Positions 26,603-35,469 of a stretch of 64,000 nt of DNA are shown here, in pieces. The position numbers and the translations under genes were made by a program. Position 1 is the first letter of the stretch, and every line of letters starts with the position of its first letter. The notes beneath the pieces are model-generated. The model had not been told where the DNA came from and made no database searches. It saw nothing but the letters and a program-made list of their open reading frames with translations. The stretch comes from Candidatus Aegiribacteria sp. (GTDB lineage: Bacteria; Fermentibacterota; Fermentibacteria; Fermentibacterales; JCC-6), in NCBI GenBank assembly GCA_046498225.1, contig JAWOBF010000059.1, positions 8,900 to 72,899 on the forward strand. The letters run 5' to 3'.

Positions 26603-27798
26603 GTCCCGGACCCCCTCAGCGCTTCCAGGGCGGGCAGATCCTCCCCCTGGAGCAGTTTGAGGGAAGCTCCGCCGCCGGTGGAGACGAAGCTCATCCTGTC
26701 CTCGAGGCCGGCATCGGAAATCGCCCTGGAGGAGTCACCCCCCCCTACCACAGTGAAGGTTCCGTTATCGGTGGCCCGGGCCATCGCGTCGGCCATGTCC
26801 CTGGTTCCCCTGTCGAAGGGAGGTATCTCGAAAACTCCCATGGGACCGTTCCAGACCACTGTGGAGCTTTCGGCGACAATTTCGCCGAAACCGCGGACGG
26901 TCCCGGGGCCTATATCGAATCCGGACTGCCCGTGGGGGATCGAGTCCGCGGGAACCGTCTCCGCCAGGTCGCACCTGTCCGTCGAGGGGGCCACAACCAT
27001 GTCCTCCGGCAGATGGAATTCCACACCCAGCTCCCCGGCCTCCTTCATTATCTTTCCGGCGGCGCCCAGCCTGTCCAGCTCCAGCAGGCTGTTGCCCACC
27101 TCCATTCCCATCTCCTTCATGAAGGTGAAGGCCATGCCTCCCCCTACCATGAGGTGGTCCAGCCGGGGCAGGAGGTTCTCGATGACCGGTATCTTGTCAG
27201 ATACCTTCGCCCCTCCCAGCAGAAGGGAGAAAGGCCTTTTCGGAGAGGACAGCCTGTCCTGGAAGACCTCCAGCTCCTTCTGGACCAGGAGCCCGGCGTA
27301 ACCGCCTCCCAGAATGCCGGGAACCCCGGTCATGGATGCGTGAGACCTGTGGCTTGTCCCGAAGGCGTCGTTGACGTAGATGTCCGCGTTGTCCGCCAGC
27401 TTCCGGGCGAACTCCTCGTCCCCCTCCTTCTCCTCTGGATGGAACCTGAGGTTTTCCAGCAGGAGAAGGTCGCCCGGACCCATGGAAGACCTGAGGGTGC
27501 TTACCCTGCCTCCGACGCAGTCCGGGGCGAAAGTTACCTTGATGTTCAGGAGCTCCTCCAGTCTGTCCGCAACCGGCGCCAGCGAGAGGTCCGGATTGCG
27601 GGTGCCCCCCGGCCTTCCCAGATGGCTGGCCATAACCACGGAGGCTCCGTTGTCCAGAAGGTACCTGACGGTGGGGAGAACGCCCCTTATCCGGGTATCG
27701 TCCGCCACCTTCCCATCCTCCAGCGGCACGTTCAGGTCAGCCCTGAGAAAGACCCTTCTTCCTTTCAGTTCAGTATCCTTCAGCGAAGGGTACTTCAT
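26599..27798 (-). CDS. pgk: Phosphoglycerate kinase
   Basis: [24 protein letters not shown] and VSTGGGASL. 4-nt overlaps with gap and tpiA. Confidence 0.95.
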   Translation of the reverse strand: MKYPSLKDTELKGRRVFLRADLNVPLEDGKVADDTRIRGVLPTVRYLLDNGASVVMASHLGRPGGTRNPDLSLAPVADRLEELLNIKVTFAPDCVGGRVSTLRSSMGPGDLLLLENLRFHPEEKEGDEEFARKLADNADIYVNDAFGTSHRSHASMTGVPGILGGGYAGLLVQKELEVFQDRLSSPKRPFSLLLGGAKVSDKIPVIENLLPRLDHLMVGGGMAFTFMKEMGMEVGNSLLELDRLGAAGKIMKEAGELGVEFHLPEDMVVAPSTDRCDLAETVPADSIPHGQSGFDIGPGTVRGFGEIVAESSTVVWNGPMGVFEIPPFDRGTRDMADAMARATDNGTFTVVGGGDSSRAISDAGLEDRMSFVSTGGGASLKLLQGEDLPALEALRGSGT

Positions 27799-28811
27799 AG
27801 GCCCACCTCTATCATGTACCTGGTAAAATCGACCATCCTGGCCGCGTAGCCGTACTCGTTGTCGTACCAGGAGAGCACCTTGACCATCCGAGGGCCCATG
27901 GTCCTCGTCATCAGCGAATCGAATATCGAACTGAAGGGATTGCCGATGACATCGAAGGAGACCAGCGGCTCGTCGGAGTACTGAAGCACCCCCTGCAGCG
28001 GGCCGGCCGCAGCTTCCTCCATGGCGCTGTTGACACTCTGCGGCGTGACGTCCTTCCGGAGCCTGCAGACGAGGTCCACCAGCGACCCGTCCTTCACCGG
28101 CACCCTTACCGCCATGCCGTCCAGCCTGCCGTTGAGCTCCGGAATGACCAGGCCCACCGCGGCGGCGGCGCCGGTGGTGGTGGGTATGATGTTCACGGCG
28201 GCGGCCCTTGCTCTCCTGGGGTCCTTGTGGGGGAGGTCCAGTATCTTCTGGTCGTTTGTGTAGGCGTGAATGGTTGTCATCAGGCCATTCTCAATTCCGA
28301 AGGTATCGTTGAGAACCTTTGCCACGGGAGCCAGACAGTTGGTGGTGCAGCTGGCGGTTGAGAGCACCTGGTGCTTCTCCGGGTCGTACATCCGATGATT
28401 GACCCCGTAAACCACCGTGAGGTCAGCTCCCCTGTCCCCCTTGGCGGGAGCGCTGAGAAGGACCTTGCGCGCCCCGGCGGCAATATGGCTGGCGGCCTTT
28501 TCCCGTGTTCGGAAAAGACCGGTGGCCTCGATGACGATATCAACTCCCATATCCTTCCAGGGAAGTTTGGACGGGTCGGGCTGGGAAAGCACCGTGAAAC
28601 TGTCAGCACCGGCTTTGATCCGCTTCCCGTCCACCTCTATCTCGCCGGGAAACCTGCCGTGAACCGAGTCGTACTTCAGAAGATGGGCCAGAGTACCGGG
28701 GTCGGTAAGGTCATTCACCGCAACTATATCTATGGCTCTGTCATCCAGGGTCTGCCTGTAGACCAGTCTTCCGATCCTGCCGAATCCGTTGATCGCTACT
28801 TTCACTGCCAT
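27795..28811 (-). CDS. gap: Glyceraldehyde-3-phosphate dehydrogenase
   Basis: [27 protein letters not shown] and WYDNEYGY. Confidence 0.95.
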   Translation of the reverse strand: MAVKVAINGFGRIGRLVYRQTLDDRAIDIVAVNDLTDPGTLAHLLKYDSVHGRFPGEIEVDGKRIKAGADSFTVLSQPDPSKLPWKDMGVDIVIEATGLFRTREKAASHIAAGARKVLLSAPAKGDRGADLTVVYGVNHRMYDPEKHQVLSTASCTTNCLAPVAKVLNDTFGIENGLMTTIHAYTNDQKILDLPHKDPRRARAAAVNIIPTTTGAAAAVGLVIPELNGRLDGMAVRVPVKDGSLVDLVCRLRKDVTPQSVNSAMEEAAAGPLQGVLQYSDEPLVSFDVIGNPFSSIFDSLMTRTMGPRMVKVLSWYDNEYGYAARMVDFTRYMIEVGL

Positions 28812-28823
28812 TTCAGCCCTCCA

Positions 28824-29861
28824 TCACCCGAAGAAAAGTTTTGCTGTTTCGTACAGTTCCTCAGGAACCGTCTTCATCGTGCCCACTGCTTCCTTGAGGT
28901 CCACCGCCACTATTCCGGTGCCCCTCAGGGCCGCCATCATGCCGAACTGGCCCTCTTCGGCCATCTCCACCGCCTTTACTCCAAGGCGGGTTCCCAGGAC
29001 CCTGTCGAAGGCCGTGGGACTGCCCCCACGCTGTACATGGCCGAGGACCACGTGTCTGCTCTCCAGCTCGGTCCTGTCCGTTATCTCGTTCTTCAGGACC
29101 TCGCCTATTCCTATACCTGTACCCAGCTGCACATGACCGAAGGCGTCCCTCTCCGCCGAGTGCATCACATGCCTCTGGAGCTTGGGGTCCATGGCTCCCT
29201 CGGCCACCGCGACAAGCGCGTACCTGTTCCCTTCGTCGTAACGCTTTTTCAGTATCTCACACACCTGGTCGGTATCGAATTCCTTCTCTGGAGTGAGGAT
29301 TATGTGGGCGCCTCCCGCCATGCCTCCGTGAAGGGCCATCCATCCCGCGTGCCTGCCCATTATCTCCACCACTATGACCCTCTCGTGGCTTCTGGCCGTA
29401 GTATGGAGCTTGTCCAGCGCTTCCATCACGTAGTTGATGGCGGTATCGAAGCCGAAGGTGAAATCGGTGGCGGAAAGGTCGTTGTCTATGGTCTTGGGCA
29501 CTCCTATGACATCGATCCCGTCGGAGAAGAGCTTGGCCGCGACGCCCAGGGTATCGTCGCCCCCCGAAGCGATGAGGCAGTCCAGCTTCATCTTCCTGAA
29601 ATTTTCCCGAATGAGTTCGAAACCGTTCTCGATCTTGAAAGGGTTGGTCCTGGAGGCAAGGATGATAGTCCCCCCCTGCATCTGAATATCCCTGACCTTC
29701 TCCAGGTCCAGCGATACGGACTGGTTCTCTATGGCGCCCTTCCAGCCCCGAAGAAAACCGGTGACAGTGTGGTCGCTGCTCAGGGCCCTGACCGTCACTC
29801 CCCTGATTACCGCGTTGAGACCGGGGGCATCGCCGCCGCCGGTAAGAATTCCAATATGCAT
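28824..29861 (-). CDS. pfk: 6-phosphofructokinase carrying the Asp/Lys signature of PPi-dependent enzymes
   Basis: GILTGGGDAPGLNA, ASGGDDTLG, GVPKTIDNDL, MGRHAGWMAL and LGHVQRGG. Confidence 0.9.
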   Translation of the reverse strand: MHIGILTGGGDAPGLNAVIRGVTVRALSSDHTVTGFLRGWKGAIENQSVSLDLEKVRDIQMQGGTIILASRTNPFKIENGFELIRENFRKMKLDCLIASGGDDTLGVAAKLFSDGIDVIGVPKTIDNDLSATDFTFGFDTAINYVMEALDKLHTTARSHERVIVVEIMGRHAGWMALHGGMAGGAHIILTPEKEFDTDQVCEILKKRYDEGNRYALVAVAEGAMDPKLQRHVMHSAERDAFGHVQLGTGIGIGEVLKNEITDRTELESRHVVLGHVQRGGSPTAFDRVLGTRLGVKAVEMAEEGQFGMMAALRGTGIVAVDLKEAVGTMKTVPEELYETAKLFFG

Positions 29862-29864
29862 CGT

Positions 29865-30665
29865 TCACTCCCTCTTCTGTTGTTCCGCGTTCCTGTTGGA
29901 CATTCTTCGAAGAAGCCTTCCCGCAAGCTCCGTGAACTCCGAGATTGACAGGGACTGCCCCCCGTCGGAAAGCGCCTTGTCGGGGTCGGGGTGTACTTCC
30001 AGCATGATACCGTCGGCTCCCGCGGCCAGTCCGGCCAGGGACAGCGGCTCCAGCAGGTCCCTTCTGCCCGAGGCGTGGCAGGGGTCCACGATCACAGGGT
30101 ATCCTCCCAGCATCCTGGCCAGGGGTATCGCCGAAATATCCAGCGTATTCCTCGTCCAGGGTTCGAAAGTGCGTATACCCCGCTCGCAGAGCACCACCCT
30201 GTCATTTCCTTCCTTGACGATATACTCCGCCGCCATGAGCCATTCCTCGATGGTGGCCATGAACCCTCTCTTCAGAAGTATGGGGACATCGGCCCTTCCC
30301 AGGGCGGCCAGAAGGGAGAAATTGTGCATGTTCCTCGCTCCCACCTGGATCATGTCCACACACTCAAGGGCCGGTTCTATCTGATCAATGGCCATCACCT
30401 CGCTCACCACCGGAATGCTGAATTCCCGTCTGACCCTGTCCAGCAGCTGGAATCCCTCCACACCCAGCCCCTGAAAGGAATAGGGGGAAGTCCTGGGCTT
30501 GAATGAACCGCCCCTGAGTATGGAGACGCCCGATTTCACCGCGGCGGCGGCCACCGTTCTCAGCATTTCCAGGTTCTCCACGGAGCACGGACCGGCTATC
30601 AGAATGGATTCGCCCGCGCCCACCCGGACATCGGCGACTTCCACGGCCCGGACGTCCATATTCAC
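29865..30665 (-). CDS. 3-deoxy-7-phosphoheptulonate (DAHP) synthase, class I-beta core only, with no fused regulatory domain
   Basis: ILIAGPCSVEN, LRGGSFKPRTSPYSFQGLG, LLKRG and VDPCHASGRRDL. The start is GTG 30665 (GTGA overlap with the upstream stop) or ATG 30659. Confidence 0.85.
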   Translation of the reverse strand: MNMDVRAVEVADVRVGAGESILIAGPCSVENLEMLRTVAAAAVKSGVSILRGGSFKPRTSPYSFQGLGVEGFQLLDRVRREFSIPVVSEVMAIDQIEPALECVDMIQVGARNMHNFSLLAALGRADVPILLKRGFMATIEEWLMAAEYIVKEGNDRVVLCERGIRTFEPWTRNTLDISAIPLARMLGGYPVIVDPCHASGRRDLLEPLSLAGLAAGADGIMLEVHPDPDKALSDGGQSLSISEFTELAGRLLRRMSNRNAEQQKRE

Positions 30666-32323
30666 CCCTTCCCGAGTTCGCTGACTATGAATCTGATGAT
30701 GTCCCTTATGGAGCTGTCCGGAATCGGGCCCGCGTTGTGTCCCATGGCGTTGTCCACCTGGTCGTCCACCCAGGTGGGGTCGAATCCCCCTCCGCCTATC
30801 AGTTCCATCAGCTCTGCCCGCCGGTTCAGCAGCCTGACCAGCTCCACGTCCGACCTGAGCAGCTCGCTCCGGAAATCGGGGGCTATCTCCCTGGTACCTA
30901 CCGCCTGCCTGTCGATCTTCCCGTTGGCTGTTCTGGGAAGACCATGAACGAAATTTATCAGCTTCGGGATCTTGTACTCATCGATGTGTTTTCTCAGGAA
31001 AGCCCTCATCTCGGCCACAGCCAGCTCCTGTCCGGGCCTGAGAACGATATACGCCGAAGGTATCTCGCCCCTTGTCGGGTGGTCCCTTCCCACTACGCAC
31101 GCGTCCACCACCAGGGGATGCTTTAGAATGGCCAGCTCCACCTCCAGGGGGTACACCTTCAGGCCGGCGGCCTTTATCAGCCCGCCCCTCCGGCCCAGGA
31201 AAACCAGGCGGCCGTCCTCCCTGCGGAAGATGTCGCCCGTGCGGTACCAGCCGTCGAGGAACGCTTCCTCCGTCTGAGGCCTGTCACCCAGGTACCTGCT
31301 CACAACTCCCGGTCCCGAGACCCACAGCTCCCCTGTGCCGTTCCCGCTCAATTTCCTGCCGGAAAGGTCCCTCAACTGCACGCTGTATCCGTCCACCACC
31401 TTCGTGAAGCCGGCTGATCCGCTTTCGCCCACCAGCCCCACCCCGGCTGTCTCGGTGCTGCCCCACACGGGAACGAGCCGGACTCCGGTCTTCATCAGGA
31501 AGTTCTCCATCATGTCCTCGGACACGTGCATACCTCCCGCCTCCGCAATTTTTACTTTTGAGAGGTCCGAATCGCTCCTCTTCCACAGGTGGGAGAGGGA
31601 CATCAGCTGCGTGGGCAGCGCCATGACCGCGGTGACCCCCATGTCGGATATCACCCTGAGCAGGTCCCTTGGATACCTGTGTTCAGTCAAGACCGTCCTG
31701 CCTCCGAGATACAGCCCTCTCATGAAGAGCTCATGTGGATGCCCGTAGACCCCGAAGAGAGACGTATGCACGTCGCTTCGAGTGAAGCCCATGGTCCTGA
31801 TCACGCCCCGTGTATTCTCCAGCAGCTGCCTGTGGGTGGTGGGAGCCACTTTCGCCTGGCCGGTGGAAGCTGAGGTCACGTTGAGGTAGAACTCACGGTC
31901 GCTGTCCGCATCCGGAAGGTCCAGCCGGCCGGCGCTTCCGCGAAAAACGTCATCATCGATGAAAAGAACTGGTTCATCCGATTGCAGGGCATCATCGGCA
32001 CGGGTGGTCAGAACAAGACGGCTGGACCTCCTGCCGAAAACCCTCTGACGCTCCTGTGCGGGCCATTCCGGATTGAGGGAGACGAACCGCGCTCCCAGCA
32101 TGGAGACCGCGGTGAAGACACACGGGAGCAGGACATTCTTTCCCGAGACGACACCTATCACGTGGCCCGGACCGCCGCCGGCCTTCTGAATCCGGGCGGC
32201 GATGTTCCGTGAGACCCGCCACCAGTCAGCGTAGGTTATTTCCACCCTGTCATCGCGCAGGGCCTCCGCATCGGGGGTTTCCTCAGCCCATCTCCTGAGA
32301 AGACCGTGTACCGTGCCCGGCAT
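30662..32323 (-). CDS. Acyl/aryl-AMP-forming ligase (ANL superfamily) fused to a C-terminal degenerate AroQ chorismate-mutase-like domain
   Basis: ANL motifs VTSASTGQAKVA, VWGSTETAG, YRTGDIF, GRRGGLIKAAGLKVYPLEVE and PRTANGKIDR. The last 73 aa (30665-30883) resemble the CM domain of CM-DAHPS fusions (ELLRSDVELVRLLNRRAEL...FDP...NAGPIPDSSIRDIIRFIVSE). Confidence 0.8.
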   Translation of the reverse strand: MPGTVHGLLRRWAEETPDAEALRDDRVEITYADWWRVSRNIAARIQKAGGGPGHVIGVVSGKNVLLPCVFTAVSMLGARFVSLNPEWPAQERQRVFGRRSSRLVLTTRADDALQSDEPVLFIDDDVFRGSAGRLDLPDADSDREFYLNVTSASTGQAKVAPTTHRQLLENTRGVIRTMGFTRSDVHTSLFGVYGHPHELFMRGLYLGGRTVLTEHRYPRDLLRVISDMGVTAVMALPTQLMSLSHLWKRSDSDLSKVKIAEAGGMHVSEDMMENFLMKTGVRLVPVWGSTETAGVGLVGESGSAGFTKVVDGYSVQLRDLSGRKLSGNGTGELWVSGPGVVSRYLGDRPQTEEAFLDGWYRTGDIFRREDGRLVFLGRRGGLIKAAGLKVYPLEVELAILKHPLVVDACVVGRDHPTRGEIPSAYIVLRPGQELAVAEMRAFLRKHIDEYKIPKLINFVHGLPRTANGKIDRQAVGTREIAPDFRSELLRSDVELVRLLNRRAELMELIGGGGFDPTWVDDQVDNAMGHNAGPIPDSSIRDIIRFIVSELGKG

Positions 32324-33460
32324 CTATTCCTGTTTCTCTCCGCATTCCGGGCAGAAACTGGAACCCTCCGGCACATCCGCGCCGCATTTTCCGCACTTGC
32401 GTCCTCCGCCCAGTTTCGTCCCGCACTCCGGACAGAATTTCGCGCCGGGTGAAACTGTGGCTTTGCAGTTGGGACACAGGACCCCGAGAGGTTTGCCGCA
32501 TTCAGGGCAGAACTTGCCTGGGACCACGCTCTTGCCGCAGGATGGGCAGGTAACCCGGGGAGAGCCTCCTTCGCCCCCTCCTGAGCCTCCCGTGCCCTGG
32601 TTTCCGGCCATGGTCTGCCCCATCATGTTAGCCATGGTCATTCCCATGCCGAGACCCGCGCCCATTCCGACCCCGGCGCCGGCGGCTCCACCGCCGCCCT
32701 CGTTTGTAGCGGCATCCCCCATGGCGGTGGCCGTCTTGAAGCGCATGTACTGGTTCATGTCGCCCAGGGCGCCCATGGCGCTTCTCTCGTCGATCCTGGC
32801 CTGGACCTCCTCCGGAGGTGTGATGGCCTGAACGTAGAAGTCAACAAGCTGAATGCCGTACTTCCCGAAATCGTCGCCGAGCCTGGATTTGGCCAGCGTG
32901 CCGATCTCATCGTAGTACTGGGCAAGGTCGAAGATGGTCTCCAGGGTCTCCCCCAGAAGGTCGGCCAGCCTGGAGATTATCATGCCCTTGAGGAAGCCCT
33001 CTATCTCGTCGGTGCTGAACCGGCCCTCGGTTCCCACTACCTTGTTTATGAACAGCTGGCTCTGCTCCACCTTCATGGAGAAGCTTCCGAAGGCTCTGAG
33101 CCTTACCATGGACAGTTCCTTGTCCCTGAAGATTATAGGTTCCTTCGTTCCCCATTTCATGTCCGTGAATGTCTTCTTGTTCACGTAGAACACGGTCGCC
33201 CTGAACGGGGAATCCTTGCCGGAGAACAGAGTGCTGACCACGCCGGCAAGTATGGGTATGTTCTCCGTGGTTATGGTATGCCTTCCCGGACCGAGAACGT
33301 CCATGGCCTTTCCATCACGGAAGAAGACGGCGTCCTGACTCTCCCTGACCACGACCTGGGTGCCCAGGCGGAATTCGCCTGCCCCCGACTGGGGTATCCT
33401 GTGGACTATCTGCTTACCGGAGTCGTCCATCCATTCCACTATCTCCATTTTTTTGAACAT
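32324..33460 (-). CDS. SPFH (stomatin/prohibitin/flotillin/HflKC) domain protein with a Gly/Met-rich linker and three C-terminal zinc ribbons (COG4260/YdjI-like)
   Basis: SPFH core (VVRESQDAVFFRDGK...FYVNKK...). Linker GGGGAAGAGVGMGAGLGMGMTMANMMGQ. Six CxxC pairs (CPSC, CPEC, CPNC, CPEC, CGKC, CPEC) at 32327-32548. Confidence 0.85.
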   Translation of the reverse strand: MFKKMEIVEWMDDSGKQIVHRIPQSGAGEFRLGTQVVVRESQDAVFFRDGKAMDVLGPGRHTITTENIPILAGVVSTLFSGKDSPFRATVFYVNKKTFTDMKWGTKEPIIFRDKELSMVRLRAFGSFSMKVEQSQLFINKVVGTEGRFSTDEIEGFLKGMIISRLADLLGETLETIFDLAQYYDEIGTLAKSRLGDDFGKYGIQLVDFYVQAITPPEEVQARIDERSAMGALGDMNQYMRFKTATAMGDAATNEGGGGAAGAGVGMGAGLGMGMTMANMMGQTMAGNQGTGGSGGGEGGSPRVTCPSCGKSVVPGKFCPECGKPLGVLCPNCKATVSPGAKFCPECGTKLGGGRKCGKCGADVPEGSSFCPECGEKQE

Positions 33461-33482
33461 TGTCCGCTAACCTCTCCTTGAG

Positions 33483-34007
33483 CTAGTCAATCGGTTGGTT
33501 CTTCTCCAGGTCTATCATCAGCTGGCTGCGTTGCGACATCTTCTCGCTGAAGTCCACCAGCAGGTCAACCATTGTATCGATGGCCGGTTTCAGGTCCGAA
33601 TCCGCCGCGGCGGCGGCCTGCAGCGATTCCAGGGCTCCCTCAAGTTCCTCGATATCCTCCATCAGGCTTATATCGAAGGCGTAGAGATCGTCCAGCTGGT
33701 CCTCTCTGACCTTGTGCATGTCGAAAAGTCCCCTGTAACCCCTGGAGGCGAACCTGATCTCGTCGGTGACCCTCTCCAGCCTCTTTGTTATTCGGTCGAA
33801 CTGGTTGACGGACTTGAGAGCGGAAGGCCCCTTCATGCCGGCCGGTATCTCGTTGACAGCGTTTCTCAGACTGTCCAGCCTGCTGACCAGGGTCATTCTG
33901 AAGAGGTGGTCGTTGTCACGCCTTTCCTCCTTGCTCTTGTAACCCTTGTAGCCGGGTATCAGCCGTATCGCCTTCTCCAGGAACCCCAGTTCTCTTCCCT
34001 CGCTCAT
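33483..34007 (-). CDS. Predicted all-helical/coiled-coil protein of unknown function (about 174 aa)
   Basis: Start at MSEGREL (34007), preceded by AAAGGA. IPGYKGYKSKEERRDND motif, heptad-like charged helices and an acidic C-terminus. 22-nt gap to the SPFH gene. Confidence 0.5.
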   Translation of the reverse strand: MSEGRELGFLEKAIRLIPGYKGYKSKEERRDNDHLFRMTLVSRLDSLRNAVNEIPAGMKGPSALKSVNQFDRITKRLERVTDEIRFASRGYRGLFDMHKVREDQLDDLYAFDISLMEDIEELEGALESLQAAAAADSDLKPAIDTMVDLLVDFSEKMSQRSQLMIDLEKNQPID

Positions 34008-34086
34008 AGCATGTCCTTTCTTCAAGACCGACTTCCGTAAATACGATGAATCATAACTATAACACTAATCGATCATGTCAATAAGG

Positions 34087-35085
34087 TCACCTGTCCGGTA
34101 TAGACCTAATATTGGCCAGATGGCCGGCATGGGTCCTGGCGAAGAGATGCCTGCCCGTCCCGTCGTCCCTGCTGACGAAATAGATGTACCCCTGGCTGGT
34201 ATCCGGATGCACCGCGGCATGGATGGACAGGGATCCCGGAGAACATATCGGACCCGGCGGCAGTCCGTGGCTGCGGTAGGTATTGTAGGGATGGTCCACC
34301 TCCAGGTCTCTGTAGAGGAGAACCTCCCTGACCTGTCCCAGCGCGTACTGCACGGTGGCGCAGCTCTCCAGTCTCATCCCCCTTCTAAGCCTTCCCAGGA
34401 AGACCCCCGCAACCAGCGGCCTCTCGGAATCCACCCTGGCTTCCCTCTCCACTATGGACGCCAGTATCATGGTCTCATGCGGGGAAAGGCCGGTGTGCTC
34501 CAGGTTCTCCTCCAGGTCTCCGGGCCATCTGGACCTTCCCGTATCCACTATGCGCTCCAGCATCTCCACTGCGGAAAGGGTATCCGCGAACTCGTAGGTC
34601 TCCGGGTAGAGGTAGCCCTCGAGGGAGGGAACCCCGAGAGAGTCCAGGAAATCCCGGTCCCGGGCAAGGCTGTCAAGATCATCCCGGTCTATGGGGGTGG
34701 AGCGGGAGATTATCTCCAGGGACTGCTCGAGTGTCAGGCCCGGTGCCAGGGTGACCCAGCTGGTGGCCACCGGTATGACCTCGCCCCTGGCGATGATGCC
34801 CAGTATCGAGTCGGGTGTCATCGAATCGTCCAGAGAATAGGTCCCCGCCTGAAGGGGGGGAGCCCCCTCCATCACCGAGTACCGCCACAGAATGTAGAGC
34901 CTGCACCTCACCAGACCGGAATCGGACAGGGCCCGGGATATGGTCCTGGCTCCCCAGCCTCTCTCCACGGTGAATTCGCAGCGTCTGCCCCCGCAGGGAG
35001 GGCTGCCGCACCATCTGAGAACGAATGCTCCGGCCGCCGCCAGGAGCAGTACAACAAGGACTGCCGGCAGGAGCTTGCGCTTCAT
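34087..35085 (-). CDS. mltG: Endolytic murein transglycosylase MltG (YceG-like)
   Basis: N-terminal TM segment, ASIVEREA, YPYNTYRSHGLPPGPICSPG. ATGA overlap with ruvX. Confidence 0.9.
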   Translation of the reverse strand: MKRKLLPAVLVVLLLAAAGAFVLRWCGSPPCGGRRCEFTVERGWGARTISRALSDSGLVRCRLYILWRYSVMEGAPPLQAGTYSLDDSMTPDSILGIIARGEVIPVATSWVTLAPGLTLEQSLEIISRSTPIDRDDLDSLARDRDFLDSLGVPSLEGYLYPETYEFADTLSAVEMLERIVDTGRSRWPGDLEENLEHTGLSPHETMILASIVEREARVDSERPLVAGVFLGRLRRGMRLESCATVQYALGQVREVLLYRDLEVDHPYNTYRSHGLPPGPICSPGSLSIHAAVHPDTSQGYIYFVSRDDGTGRHLFARTHAGHLANIRSIPDR

Positions 35086-35468
35086 GGTATACCGAGATAT
35101 CTCTTCAGGATTATCATGGCGGCCATGGAATCCAGCCTGCCGTCTCTGCGGTCGCCCGTCGCCGTATTTCTTCCGGCTTCCGCGGTTGACCCGGTCTCCA
35201 CCACCAGATCCACACTGAAGCCTCTCTCCCTGAGAAATTCCGCCAGTCCCTCGACTTCACGCGAGAGCTGGGTAGGTCTGCCGGAGGCCGAAAGCGGCAG
35301 ACCAAGGACCACGGTCCCCCTTCCGCTCTCCCCATGAATACTTTCCAGTCTTTCTCGAATACCCTCCCATGTGGTGTTCAGCATCGGTTCCAGAGGCAGG
35401 ACCACGCCGGACATATGCAGGGCGAAACCGGTACGCGCCTTTCCGTAATCCACGCCTATCTCCGCCAC
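35082..35468 (-). CDS. ruvX: YqgF/RuvX putative pre-16S rRNA nuclease / Holliday-junction resolvase-like protein
   Basis: (V)AEIGVDYGKARTGFAL, VLGLPLSASGRPTQLSREVEGLAEFL and DSMAAMIILKRYL. GTG start at 35468, one nt after the upstream stop. The track's longer ORF would overlap by 56 nt. Confidence 0.8.
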   Translation of the reverse strand: MAEIGVDYGKARTGFALHMSGVVLPLEPMLNTTWEGIRERLESIHGESGRGTVVLGLPLSASGRPTQLSREVEGLAEFLRERGFSVDLVVETGSTAEAGRNTATGDRRDGRLDSMAAMIILKRYLGIP

Positions 35469-35469
35469 T

